A stretch of 52,140 nucleotides of DNA from an uncultured Candidatus Saccharibacteria bacterium (GCA_964367055.1 CAYIWD010000001.1:1-52140), one strand, 5' to 3'. Shown: positions 1 to 9,316, counted from the stretch's first letter. Translations and numbers: made by a program. Notes: a model not told the origin generated them from the letters alone.

Positions 1-68
1 AAAGAAAATTTTTCATTTGAAATCTTTCGTAAAAAACAAGAAATAATTCTTAAAAAAATCTCAATATT

Positions 69-1589
69 ATGAAGATTCTTTTGGTTAGGCCATATTATTA
101 TATAGATAAAGAGGACTGCCCCTATATTTTTAGGGAGCCATTGGGTTTGGAATATTTGAAAAGTTACGCCGGAGACGAAGCTGATATAGAAATATTTGAT
201 ATGCTGGGAATTTATTGGAATATATATAAAGAAATTGAAGGTAACTCCAATTTAATGAAAATAGGAGGCGATATCAAAGATTTATTTTCTAAAATTGAAC
301 AAGGCAAGCCTGATGTCATAGGTATTACTTCAATGTTTTTAACCGAAAAGGAATTGTTGTTGAATTTAACTAAAGCCATAAAAACTAATTATCCGCAAAT
401 TAAAATAATTGTTGGCGGTCCGCACCCGAGCTGTCTCGGCAAAGAGCTTTTAAATATTAATCCTTATATTGATATTTTGGTTATTGGCGAAGGTGAAGAA
501 ACCCTTAAAGAATTAATTAGGAAAAAATTTGAAAATCTGCCCGGAATTCAGGGAATAATTTTTAAAGACAAGCGTAGCGGCAAAATAATTGAAACCGATG
601 GGAGATGTCCGGTTGATATTAATTCCATTCCTTTTCCGGCCCGGGACGCCGTGCCTTATAAAAATTACAATAAAACTGTTAAGTATTCGGCTTTGCGGAC
701 GAGATTGGGACAAAAAACCGCTTTGTCTTTAATGAATTTGATTTCTAATACTCCAATTGACGATTTAATGGACAAGCTTGTTAATCCCTTAATGAAGAAA
801 TTCGGCCACACTCCAAACAGTTTTCCTTCAGCCGCTATACTTACTAGCCGGAGCTGTCCAAATCGCTGTACTTTTTGCGCCATTCGCAGGGTTTGGAGCG
901 ATATATACAGGATGCGTTCAGCTGAAGATGTAATTAATGAAATAAAACTATTGGTTGAAAAATACCATATCAGGCACTTGGCGATTCAGGATGATAATTT
1001 TACTGTTTCAAAAGACAGGACTATTAAAATTTGTAAAGCCATAATTGAAAGCAAATTTAATATCACTATGGAAGCTTCAAGCGGAATTTATATTCCATCT
1101 CTCGATGAAGAAGTTTTAACCTGGCTTAAAAAAGCGGGTTTGAACTTTATGTATTTAGGAGTTGAATCAGGTAGCCAAAATACTTTGACGAATATCATTA
1201 AAAAAAGATTAGATTTAAAAAAAGTTGATGAAGTAATTGATATCGCGAGGGCAATCGGTATTAAAACCGGCGGATATTTCATTATCGGCTTCCCGGGCGA
1301 GACGCTAAGCGATATGAAAGCAACTATTGATTACGCGTTAAATAGCAAATTGGATATGACGCGGCTGTATCTGCTTCAACCGTTTCCGGGCTCGGAAATG
1401 TATGAAACCTGCGTTAAAAACGGATATTTAACAAGCGATTACGATTACGCCGAAACAAAAATTTTCAAAGAAAAATTTTATATTAAAACTCCTGATTTTA
1501 AGCCGGAGCAAGTTGAGGCATTAGTTCGTGAAGGCAGGCAAGCGCTTTTTAAAGCCGGTAAACTATCCAGCGGATTTTTTAATAAATAA
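69..1589 (+). CDS. Cobalamin-binding (class B) radical SAM enzyme
   Basis: N-terminal B12-domain-like segment (IIVGGPHPS, VIGEGEE) followed by the radical SAM cluster motif SRSCPNRCTFCAI (CxxxCxxC). 506 aa. Confidence 0.85.
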   Translation: MKILLVRPYYYIDKEDCPYIFREPLGLEYLKSYAGDEADIEIFDMLGIYWNIYKEIEGNSNLMKIGGDIKDLFSKIEQGKPDVIGITSMFLTEKELLLNLTKAIKTNYPQIKIIVGGPHPSCLGKELLNINPYIDILVIGEGEETLKELIRKKFENLPGIQGIIFKDKRSGKIIETDGRCPVDINSIPFPARDAVPYKNYNKTVKYSALRTRLGQKTALSLMNLISNTPIDDLMDKLVNPLMKKFGHTPNSFPSAAILTSRSCPNRCTFCAIRRVWSDIYRMRSAEDVINEIKLLVEKYHIRHLAIQDDNFTVSKDRTIKICKAIIESKFNITMEASSGIYIPSLDEEVLTWLKKAGLNFMYLGVESGSQNTLTNIIKKRLDLKKVDEVIDIARAIGIKTGGYFIIGFPGETLSDMKATIDYALNSKLDMTRLYLLQPFPGSEMYETCVKNGYLTSDYDYAETKIFKEKFYIKTPDFKPEQVEALVREGRQALFKAGKLSSGFFNK

Positions 1590-1609
1590 CGACTTGCGAT
1601 GTCGTTATT
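1585..1609. repeat. Hairpin repeat copy 1 (AATAACGAC-ttgcgat-GTCGTTATT), overlaps stop codon of upstream gene
   Basis: 9-bp perfect stem with 7-nt loop, read directly. Same TAACGAC/GTCGTTA core as the copies at 1776 and 2311. Confidence 0.7.
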
Positions 1610-1630
1610 ATTGATTTAGACTGAGATTAT

Positions 1631-2313
1631 ATGGATTTAGTTCATACATTAAGCAGGGGAGTGGATAAGCGAGATATTTTTATTGACGAACAGGATTATT
1701 TTAGGTTTGTGCATGATTTGTTTGAATTTAACGATCAAGAAAGTGCGGATAATATTTTTATTTTTTCCATAAAATTAAATCTAACGACATCGCAAGTCGT
1801 TATATTACGAAAGAGAGGAAGCCGAGAAAGTTTTTGGTTACCATTCATGCGTTTTGTTTGATGAATAATCATTATCATTTATTATTGAGCCCCAGAATCG
1901 ATAATGGTATCACCCAATTTATGAAAAAGATTAATATAGGATATGCAAAATATTTTAACTCGAAATATCAGCGAAAAGGCACTTTATTTGAGGGGCGCTA
2001 TAAATCGGTAATAGTTAAAGATGAGTCCCATTTTATCCACTTGCCTTATTATATTCATTTTAATCCGTTGGATTTTAAATTTTCAGGTTGGCGCAAGCGC
2101 GAATTAAAGAATTATAGGGCGGCGTTAAAATTTTTAGATAATTATCGTTGGTCAAGTCATTTGGATTACCTCGGCAATAATAATTTTCCGTCGGTTACCC
2201 AAAGGAATTTTTTAATGGAATTTTTCGGCGGGCCAAAAGGATATAAAAATTCTATAAAGCAATGGCTTAGAGAAATAGAATTAGAAAATATTCAAGATAT
2301 GAGTTTAGAATAA
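1631..2313 (+). pseudogene. IS200/IS605-type Y1 HUH transposase / RAYT-like gene, split into two frames (1631-1861 and 1834-2313)
   Basis: HUH motif in HAFCLMNNHYHLLL. N-terminal RGVDKRDIF and C-terminal YRWSSHLDY are typical of COG1943-type transposase-like proteins. The frame changes from 2 to 1 around the internal hairpin repeat at 1776-1807. Confidence 0.75.
1776..1807. repeat. Hairpin repeat copy 2 (32 nt, taaatcTAACGACatcgcaaGTCGTTAtatta) inside the transposase-like gene
   Basis: Both flanks and the stem are identical to the copy at 2311-2342. The loop is the exact reverse complement of the copy 1 loop. Length 32 is 2 mod 3. Confidence 0.7.
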
Positions 2314-2342
2314 ATCTAACGACTTACGATGTCGTTATATTA
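2311..2342. repeat. Hairpin repeat copy 3 (taaatcTAACGACttacgatGTCGTTAtatta), overlaps stop codon of transposase-like gene
   Basis: 13 + 12 nt of flank plus stem are identical to copy 2. The loop differs from the copy 1 loop by 1 nt. Confidence 0.7.
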
Positions 2343-2349
2343 TATTGAT

Positions 2350-2391
2350 AAAAAAAATTAGCCAGCAACTCGCGTAAAGCAATTGCTGGCT
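2350..2391 (-). terminator. Rho-independent terminator for the minus-strand gene 2434-3249
   Basis: Stem AGCCAGCAA (2360-2368) / TTGCTGGCT (2383-2391). On the minus strand it is followed by a T-run, the complement of the A-run at 2350-2357. Confidence 0.6.
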
Positions 2392-2433
2392 GGTTGGGGG
2401 TTGGGAGGTATCGTTTCAGCGGTGGACAATGTC

Positions 2434-3249
2434 TCATCCGCAGCCGAGATCGTCTTTGCCTAGGATTCCTATTAGTCCTCTTACCCAGAGTGGCTCATCC
2501 TTCTCCTCATTTTTGCCCTCATTTTCTAGTGCTTTGAGAGTAGTGTCAAATTGCTTGAGTAATTTGACACGTTTGTCCCAGGGAATTTGGAAGAACCGTT
2601 TCATCACTTCGTGCGTCTTGAGCGGTGTGCGAAACATTGGATCGTCGGTCCGATGGGGCGGCTCAATGACTACCACATCAGTCGCTGTGGTGTCGCTATA
2701 AAACATGTCATCAGCGACGAAAAACCACTGCTGACCGGCCGAGATTTCTCCATGCTCTTTTGCGGCAATTTGCGCCATCATCGCTCGCGCGATTTGGCTG
2801 CCGCAGGAAACCATAAAAATTCTGGTTATACCCGCTTCAGAAAAAAGGCGGGTTGCTTCTACAATTTCCTCGGCCGTGTTGTTAACGATACGACCGACCT
2901 CGGCGACATCATTCTCTCCGTAGAAGATAGTACAATCGTATTGTGTACGACCAGGCCGTCCGTGTTTCCTGTTCCGTAATTCTTCAAATTCCATTAATCG
3001 CTGAGCGTGTTTGAAAAAATATCTTTTTGTAAAGCCGATTTCATCAGGATTATTCTTACCAGGAATACAGCCATTTCCCAGCACGAGTAATGAAACAGTA
3101 TCGGGCTTGATAAGTTCTTCATCTGAAGTTATTTTCACCGCCATCGGTAAGCTGCCCATCTTATTCGGCGGCTCACCCCACATCAATCTTTCCCACTCTG
3201 GAAGGGGCAAATTTATGTCTCTTCCGCAAACAAAGATTCCTGTCTTCAT
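2434..3249 (-). CDS. Hypothetical protein, possibly DUF218/YdcF-like; higher-GC gene
   Basis: 271-aa ORF. LLVLGNG ... NNTAEEIVEATRLFSEAGITRIFMVSCGSQIARAM resembles the DUF218 core. A 100-nt hand count (2701-2800) gives 53% GC against about 33% nearby. Confidence 0.45.
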   Translation of the reverse strand: MKTGIFVCGRDINLPLPEWERLMWGEPPNKMGSLPMAVKITSDEELIKPDTVSLLVLGNGCIPGKNNPDEIGFTKRYFFKHAQRLMEFEELRNRKHGRPGRTQYDCTIFYGENDVAEVGRIVNNTAEEIVEATRLFSEAGITRIFMVSCGSQIARAMMAQIAAKEHGEISAGQQWFFVADDMFYSDTTATDVVVIEPPHRTDDPMFRTPLKTHEVMKRFFQIPWDKRVKLLKQFDTTLKALENEGKNEEKDEPLWVRGLIGILGKDDLGCG

Positions 3250-3373
3250 TCCCGTATCCTCCTCTCTTATTCGATTTGATTTTTTACAAGTTTCTACTTC
3301 TATTATAGCATACTTAATTAAAATGTCAAATCAGAATTAGCGTTTTTTAAAAACTAAAAACTTTCAATATTTG

Positions 3374-3423
3374 GGAAGTCGGATGTCCTGATATTGCGTT
3401 AATATTTGGGACATCCGACTTCC
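3374..3423. repeat. Perfect 15-bp inverted repeat GGAAGTCGGATGTCC / GGACATCCGACTTCC with 20-nt spacer
   Basis: Read directly. Both arms are preceded by the direct repeat AATATTTGGGA. It lies in the divergent intergenic region between 3249 (-) and 3486 (+). Confidence 0.6.
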
Positions 3424-3485
3424 TGTAATTGAATTTTTCCATAAATCTTGATTTTTTTAGCTGACTGGTTTATTATGATTTTCTG

Positions 3486-4853
3486 ATGGCTATTTCTCAA
3501 AAATACGAAACAAAATACTCAATTTATAAACTGGAGTTATCCAAGGGTAAGGTTTTTATTACAAGAACCGTTAAAGGCACTGGCGCGGTGAGTAATTTTT
3601 TTTATTACACTTTTATTGATAAAAACGGCAACGCCACAACTAAAAGAATTGATAAAAATATCGGGCAAAAAATAATTAAAACCTGCCTCAAAGACGATAA
3701 TATCAGTTCGGCTTTGATGGTAGTGGAAAAAGGAAAAATCAACAAAGTAAAAAATAAAGCTATAAACTTTGAAGATAAAAGCCAATCAGAATATCTTTTC
3801 ACTTCAACCGGCGACAAATTTGTTTATCATAAAAATTCTCTGGATGCTTTTAGAAATAAGACTGGCAAGACAATTATTTCTACCCACATCAGTCCAGAAG
3901 GAACATGTAATTTAAGATGCCCTTATTGTTCTGTGGCTTATCGTAACAGCTTTGGCAATAGAATTAAATTAAGTGTAATTAAAAAATACGTTAATACTCT
4001 TAAAAAATATGGCCTTAAAGCCGTGATTTTAACCGGCGGCGGCGAACCAACTCTTTATCCTCAAATTAACGAACTAATTGAATTTATTCACGATAAAGCT
4101 GGCTTGGAGTTAGCTTTAATTACTAATGGCACTGCGCTAACGAGAATCGCTCCTAAAAACAGAACCAAATTTAAATGGCTAAGAGTTTCTGTAAACTTAT
4201 TTGACGGCTGGGAGAAAAAAATAAATATTCCCAAGGAATTTATCAATACTAAAACAACCATTGGCTTTAGCCATATTTACACGTTGGAGCATAATTACGG
4301 CGATAAAAAAATTGATTATAAGGAAGTTCTCGCCAAAATTATTAAGCTGATGGATAAATTTAATGCCCAGTATTTGCGTTTGCTTCCGAATTGTCTGATT
4401 AAGGGCGATAAATTCAATTACCAGCATATAGGACTGGATAGACTGATTGCGTCTTTCAAAGACAAAAGAATTTTTCACCAGTTAAAAATTCACCAGACAC
4501 CTGATTTTAAACTCTGTTACCAGTCGTATTTCAGGCCATACCTATCGGAAGAAAAAAATCCTTGGAATAATAAGCCCGGCACGGTTTTCCCCTGCGATTC
4601 CATAGTTTTGAATTCCTCGGTTAAAAAATTTTTGGATAAATACGCGGTCTGTAGCCCGGAAAAAATAGGCGAGTATTTGGACAAAAAAATTAAACAAAGA
4701 TTTAAGCCAGGGATTGATTGCAAGGGGTGTGTTTTTGTCAGAAATAATAAAATAATTGAGCATTTAGTAAATTGCAACACGCAGAAATACGAAAATTATT
4801 TCAAAAATTCTGAAGGTAGAAAAATTAATAATTTGCACAAAAATTTTGTATGA
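3486..4853 (+). CDS. Radical SAM enzyme (no B12 domain) with an N-terminal extension of about 130 aa of unknown function
   Basis: GTCNLRCPYCSV cluster motif followed by ILTGGGEPTLYP. C-terminal Cys residues are present (CDS..., CKGC). Confidence 0.8.
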   Translation: MAISQKYETKYSIYKLELSKGKVFITRTVKGTGAVSNFFYYTFIDKNGNATTKRIDKNIGQKIIKTCLKDDNISSALMVVEKGKINKVKNKAINFEDKSQSEYLFTSTGDKFVYHKNSLDAFRNKTGKTIISTHISPEGTCNLRCPYCSVAYRNSFGNRIKLSVIKKYVNTLKKYGLKAVILTGGGEPTLYPQINELIEFIHDKAGLELALITNGTALTRIAPKNRTKFKWLRVSVNLFDGWEKKINIPKEFINTKTTIGFSHIYTLEHNYGDKKIDYKEVLAKIIKLMDKFNAQYLRLLPNCLIKGDKFNYQHIGLDRLIASFKDKRIFHQLKIHQTPDFKLCYQSYFRPYLSEEKNPWNNKPGTVFPCDSIVLNSSVKKFLDKYAVCSPEKIGEYLDKKIKQRFKPGIDCKGCVFVRNNKIIEHLVNCNTQKYENYFKNSEGRKINNLHKNFV

Positions 4854-6349
4854 AGCCAATCACGACAATTTTAGTAGTAAATAATGAAGAGCATATAGTC
4901 AGAAGATGTTTAGAGAGTATAAAACCTATAAGCTCAGAAATAATTGTGATTCACGACGGAAAATGCGCTGATAAATCATTAAAAATCGCTTCTGAATTTA
5001 CAGAAAAAGTTTTTGAAAGGAAAAAATATTATTGTCCTGAGCCGCACTTAGTTGACGCTCTGTATATGGCGCATCACGATTGGATATTGCGTTTGGATGC
5101 CGACGAATATTTATCGCCAGATTTAATAGAGCATATTTTGCGACTTGATTTAGAAAAAGAACCTTATACTCATTTTAAAGCTAATTGGCGGGAACACATG
5201 GTTGAGCAAGCCAAGCATCCGACAAAAATTCTTTTATTTAACAGAAACCATAGCTTAAGCATCGGCATTCCGCATCGGGCAGTGGAAGTTTCAGGAGAGG
5301 GTCTACTTTTAGACGGCTACTTAGAGCACACGCCTTTACATGCTAATTTTGGTTTTAAAGAAATGCTTCTAAAAAAATTAAAGCCGTTTGCCAAGGTGGA
5401 TGCGGCTTTAAGATATGCCAATCCAGTTAAAATTTATTCATTGAATGGCGAAAATAAATTGCCTAAAAAAATTCTTTTGAGAAATAAGTATCCGCTCATT
5501 ACCGCGCCATTTTTTGCTTTCCGCGTTTATTTTAAAACATTAAAAGAACTAATAAAAAGCCGGAATTGGTTTGCATTTAAAAGAGTCCTTGCGGTGGCGC
5601 ACGCCCATTTAATTGAGCAATTTTTGTTGTCTTATTACATGTATCAAGAAAAGAAAAATTTAAAAAACAAATATTTAATAACCAGCGCTGATAATGATTA
5701 TGATGAAGAATATTATGAAAGAGGACTTTTGAGCGGTAAATCATTATATTCAAATTATCGCTGGATGCCGGAATTAACCATTAGGAGCGCCTATTTTATG
5801 GCCAAAGATTTGCCCATTGAAGAAGGAGCGAAGATTTTAGATTTCGGTTGCGCCAAAGGATATTTTGTCAGAGCTTTGCGTTTCCTAAATTTTGAGGCTT
5901 ATGGAGTTGATATTTCCGATTACGCCATCTCTAAAGCTGAAAAGGATGTGATTAAGCACTGCAAGTTGATTAAACATATTTCAGACCTCAAAAAAATATT
6001 TAATGTCAAATTCGACTGGGTTATTGCCAAAGACGTTTTTGAACACATGCCGGAAAAGCAACTGTCGGAAAACCTAAAAGAGCTCGCGTCAATTACTAAA
6101 AAAATGTTTGTTGTGGTTCCTTTGGGGATTGATGATATTAGCGGCAACTTTGTCGTCCCTGATTATAATAAAGAAATCACTCATGTGACGGCCAGAACGG
6201 ATAAGTGGTGGAAAAGCTTTTTTAAAAAAAATAATTTTTCCGTTGAAAAAGTGAGTTTTAATTTCAGGTTTTGCAAGCACAATTGGACCTCTGTTTGGCC
6301 CAGAGGCAACGGCTTTTATATTCTAAAAAGCAGGCACCCCAAAAAATGA
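4850..6349 (+). CDS. Bifunctional GT2 glycosyltransferase / class I SAM methyltransferase fusion
   Basis: N-terminal half: ILVVNNEEHIVRRCLESI ... DADEY (GT2-like). C-terminal half: ILDFGCAKGYFVRAL ... AYGVDIS (SAM motif I). ATGA overlap with the upstream gene. Confidence 0.75.
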   Translation: MKPITTILVVNNEEHIVRRCLESIKPISSEIIVIHDGKCADKSLKIASEFTEKVFERKKYYCPEPHLVDALYMAHHDWILRLDADEYLSPDLIEHILRLDLEKEPYTHFKANWREHMVEQAKHPTKILLFNRNHSLSIGIPHRAVEVSGEGLLLDGYLEHTPLHANFGFKEMLLKKLKPFAKVDAALRYANPVKIYSLNGENKLPKKILLRNKYPLITAPFFAFRVYFKTLKELIKSRNWFAFKRVLAVAHAHLIEQFLLSYYMYQEKKNLKNKYLITSADNDYDEEYYERGLLSGKSLYSNYRWMPELTIRSAYFMAKDLPIEEGAKILDFGCAKGYFVRALRFLNFEAYGVDISDYAISKAEKDVIKHCKLIKHISDLKKIFNVKFDWVIAKDVFEHMPEKQLSENLKELASITKKMFVVVPLGIDDISGNFVVPDYNKEITHVTARTDKWWKSFFKKNNFSVEKVSFNFRFCKHNWTSVWPRGNGFYILKSRHPKK

Positions 6350-7815
6350 AAAAAATTCTTCTTATTTCAATTTTAAAAAACAGCCATCGTAATTTGAGCT
6401 GTCTGGCTTTATTTTCGTTTTTGCGCTCAAAAAATTTTGACGTGAATTTGCTTTTTTTGCCCAAAGAAAAAGAATATCAGGAAAAAATCGTAGGCCGTTT
6501 TCTTAAATCAAAAAATTTTTCCGTCGTCGGCATTTCGGTGATGACTGACAACTTTTATCTTGCCGGCAGGCTGAGCAAAAACATTAAAAAATTCCTGCCC
6601 CGCGCTCATATTATTTGGGGCGGCATTCACCCGACACTCGAAGCAAAAGAATGCCTCGCCTTTGCAAACAGCGTTTGCGTAGGCGAAGGAGAAATTAGTT
6701 TTTTGTCTTTAATCAAAAAAGTTTTTAAAAATGAAGATTATTCTTCTTTGCCTGGAATTGGGACGAAAAGTTCTAATGGTTGTTTTATAGTAAATCCTCC
6801 TCCGCCCCTAATTAACAACCTCGACTCCTTGCCATATATTAAATATGATTGGAGCCGTTTTTATATTGCTGATGCCAAAGGACTTCGCCATTTTGACGCA
6901 AAAGAATATGATAAGTATTCAAATTATAACGGCGAGGATTACACAATAATGACCTCAAGAGGCTGTCCTTTCAGTTGCGCTTATTGCTGTAATTCATTTA
7001 TAAACGAACTTTATCATATGAGGGGCCGCATCAGACGCCAGAGCGTTAATCATGTTATTAAAGAAATTAAACTCGCCAGGCAGACTATGAATAATATCCA
7101 GTTTATTAATTTTAACGACGACCAATTTTTGACCGATAAAAAATGGAAAGATGAATTTTGCAGAAAATATAAAAAGGAAATTAATCTCCCCTTTATTGTC
7201 CGGCTTTGCCCGGGCACTTTTGATGAAAATGACGTAAAGAAACTGAAGAAAGCTGGGATGATGTTTGCAACGGTTGGTATTCAGTCAGGCAGCGAAAGGA
7301 CGAACAGGGATATTTTTAAACGGAGATTTGATAGGAACGCGATTATAGAAGCGTCTCACATTTTCAGTAGAAACGGCATCCATCCATTTTATGATGTTAT
7401 TATTCGTAATGATTTAGAGAATGACTCTGACAGAAAAAAGACAATTGAACTTTTGCTTGAGCTGGAAAAGCCGTTCGCTTTTAATTTTTTCGCTTTAACG
7501 GCGTTTCCCAAAACTCAGCTTGAACAGATTTATAAAAAAAGGGGAATAAAGCCGAGAATAAATCCTTACAGTAAAAAAAGTTATTCTGATTACGACGAAA
7601 AAGATTTTTATTTTCAGCTCGCTTATGTAATCGGTTTTACGTCAAACAACATCTGCCGTTATTTTTCAAATCACTCAAAGGATAAATCTGTTCGCCGCGT
7701 GTTAAATAGCTATTATAACGCGATGAAAGATAGGAAAAATAAAGTTACTGAATCCCAGCAAACGATTCAATCCAATCCAAAAAGCCATCAGACCGTTGGG
7801 GAGGCAAGAGGATAA
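6346..7815 (+). CDS. Cobalamin-binding (class B) radical SAM enzyme
   Basis: IIWGGIHPT and VGEGE B12-domain features. MTSRGCPFSCAYCCN cluster motif. The ATG at 6346 overlaps the upstream stop (ATGA), so the track start at 6271 is probably an artefactual extension. Confidence 0.85.
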   Translation: MKKILLISILKNSHRNLSCLALFSFLRSKNFDVNLLFLPKEKEYQEKIVGRFLKSKNFSVVGISVMTDNFYLAGRLSKNIKKFLPRAHIIWGGIHPTLEAKECLAFANSVCVGEGEISFLSLIKKVFKNEDYSSLPGIGTKSSNGCFIVNPPPPLINNLDSLPYIKYDWSRFYIADAKGLRHFDAKEYDKYSNYNGEDYTIMTSRGCPFSCAYCCNSFINELYHMRGRIRRQSVNHVIKEIKLARQTMNNIQFINFNDDQFLTDKKWKDEFCRKYKKEINLPFIVRLCPGTFDENDVKKLKKAGMMFATVGIQSGSERTNRDIFKRRFDRNAIIEASHIFSRNGIHPFYDVIIRNDLENDSDRKKTIELLLELEKPFAFNFFALTAFPKTQLEQIYKKRGIKPRINPYSKKSYSDYDEKDFYFQLAYVIGFTSNNICRYFSNHSKDKSVRRVLNSYYNAMKDRKNKVTESQQTIQSNPKSHQTVGEARG

Positions 7816-7824
7816 AATAAATAT

Positions 7825-9309
7825 ATGGAAAAACAAAAAACAATTTGTCTTATTAGTCCGCCCTCCGTTTTTCTATTAAACGAGAGAGTTTTTATGAGTT
7901 TAGGGATTTTAAAAATCGCCGCAGTTTTAGAATTATATAATTATCATATTCATTTTTTGGATTTAGCCGGAGTGGAAAATTTCACTGACGTTATTCATCA
8001 TTATCTTAATTCGTCTGAAACCACAATTTTTGGAATTACGGCAACGACTCCGCAAATGCCGGCTGTTACAAAAATCGTTGATGTTATCAAGAAAACAAAA
8101 CCAGCTATCAAGATTATTTTAGGCGGTCCTCATGCTACTCTAATAAACGCCGCAAGAAGAAACGAAGAATCTAAAGGTATTGTTGGCCGAGCAACTAAGT
8201 CATTTGAAGATTTAAAGAAGATGTTTGACGTTGTTGTCAGCGGAGATGGAGAAGAAGCGGTTTTTGAAGCTCTTAAAATAGACGCGCCAAAACTAATTGA
8301 CGCCGACCATATCAAATCAAGATTTTTTTTAAATAATTCAAAGCTTGATGCCAGTCCTTTTCCGGCGCGGCATTTAATTGACGTAAACAGCTATCATTAT
8401 GCGATTGACGGAGAAAAAGCTTTAAGTTTAATTGCTCAGTTGGGCTGTCCTTATGGTTGCGGTTTTTGCGGAGGCAGGAATTCGCCTTCTTTTCGGAAAA
8501 TTCGCGTCAAGTCAGTCAACAGAATAATTGAAGAAATTGAATTACTTTATAAAACCTATGGCGTAAAAGGCTATATGTTTTACGATGATGAGCTTAATAT
8601 TAATCCGGCTGTTCTGGCTGAATTAATGGTGGCGATTATTAATCTTCAGGAAAAATTAGGAGTGCAGTTTAAATTAAGAGGATTTATCAGGGCAAATTTA
8701 TTTGACAAAGAGCAGGCGAAATTAATGTACCAAGCCGGATTCAGATGGCTGTTGGTTGGCTTGGAATCTGGTTCGCCAAAAATTTTAAAAACAATGAATA
8801 AGCGATCAACCAGAGAACAAAATACCCGCTGTCTTGAAATTGCAAGACGCAATGGCCTTAAAGTAAAGGCTTTGATGTCAGTCGGCCATCCTGGCGAATC
8901 GGAAAAGACGCTAAGGGAAACCCATCAATGGCTTTTGGAGGTAAAGCCTGACGATTTTGATGCCACTATTATTACGGTTTACCCAGGAACTCCTTATTAT
9001 GATGAAGCGGTTCCTCATCAGACAAAAAAGGGGATCTGGACTTACACTTATGAAAATGAGAATTTGCATAGCGAAGAGATTGATTATCAAATAGTTGCTG
9101 ACTATTATAAAGGCAATCCGGATGGAGGTTATAAATCTTATGTTTTTACGGATTATCTGACTGCCGAAGAAATTGTTAAATGGCGAGATTTTGTTGAAAG
9201 GGATGTCAGAGAAAAACTTAACATTCCTTTTTATCCTTCGGTCTTAGCAAAACGCTATGAGCATTCTATGGGTATGGGCTTACCCTCGCATATTTTAAAA
9301 ATAAATTAA
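7825..9309 (+). CDS. Cobalamin-binding (class B) radical SAM enzyme
   Basis: IILGGPHAT and SGDGEE. AQLGCPYGCGFCGG cluster motif. Confidence 0.85.
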   Translation: MEKQKTICLISPPSVFLLNERVFMSLGILKIAAVLELYNYHIHFLDLAGVENFTDVIHHYLNSSETTIFGITATTPQMPAVTKIVDVIKKTKPAIKIILGGPHATLINAARRNEESKGIVGRATKSFEDLKKMFDVVVSGDGEEAVFEALKIDAPKLIDADHIKSRFFLNNSKLDASPFPARHLIDVNSYHYAIDGEKALSLIAQLGCPYGCGFCGGRNSPSFRKIRVKSVNRIIEEIELLYKTYGVKGYMFYDDELNINPAVLAELMVAIINLQEKLGVQFKLRGFIRANLFDKEQAKLMYQAGFRWLLVGLESGSPKILKTMNKRSTREQNTRCLEIARRNGLKVKALMSVGHPGESEKTLRETHQWLLEVKPDDFDATIITVYPGTPYYDEAVPHQTKKGIWTYTYENENLHSEEIDYQIVADYYKGNPDGGYKSYVFTDYLTAEEIVKWRDFVERDVREKLNIPFYPSVLAKRYEHSMGMGLPSHILKIN

Positions 9310-9316
9310 ATAAATA

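Noticed and set aside
2429-3340. ORFs 2429-2701, 2587-2979 and 3011-3340 on the + strand
   Set aside because: They are antisense to, or overlap, the higher-GC gene 2434-3249. Their composition is low-complexity Ser/Pro/Arg-rich, typical of spurious frames in GC-richer DNA.
6271-6345. N-terminal extensions proposed by the ORF track (6271, 10317, 17718, 22123, 27047, 29076, 32371, 39463, 42298)
   Set aside because: Internal ATG codons give starts that overlap or abut the upstream stop (ATGA-type coupling) and match the conserved N-termini of the families. The extensions overlap upstream genes or repeat arms.
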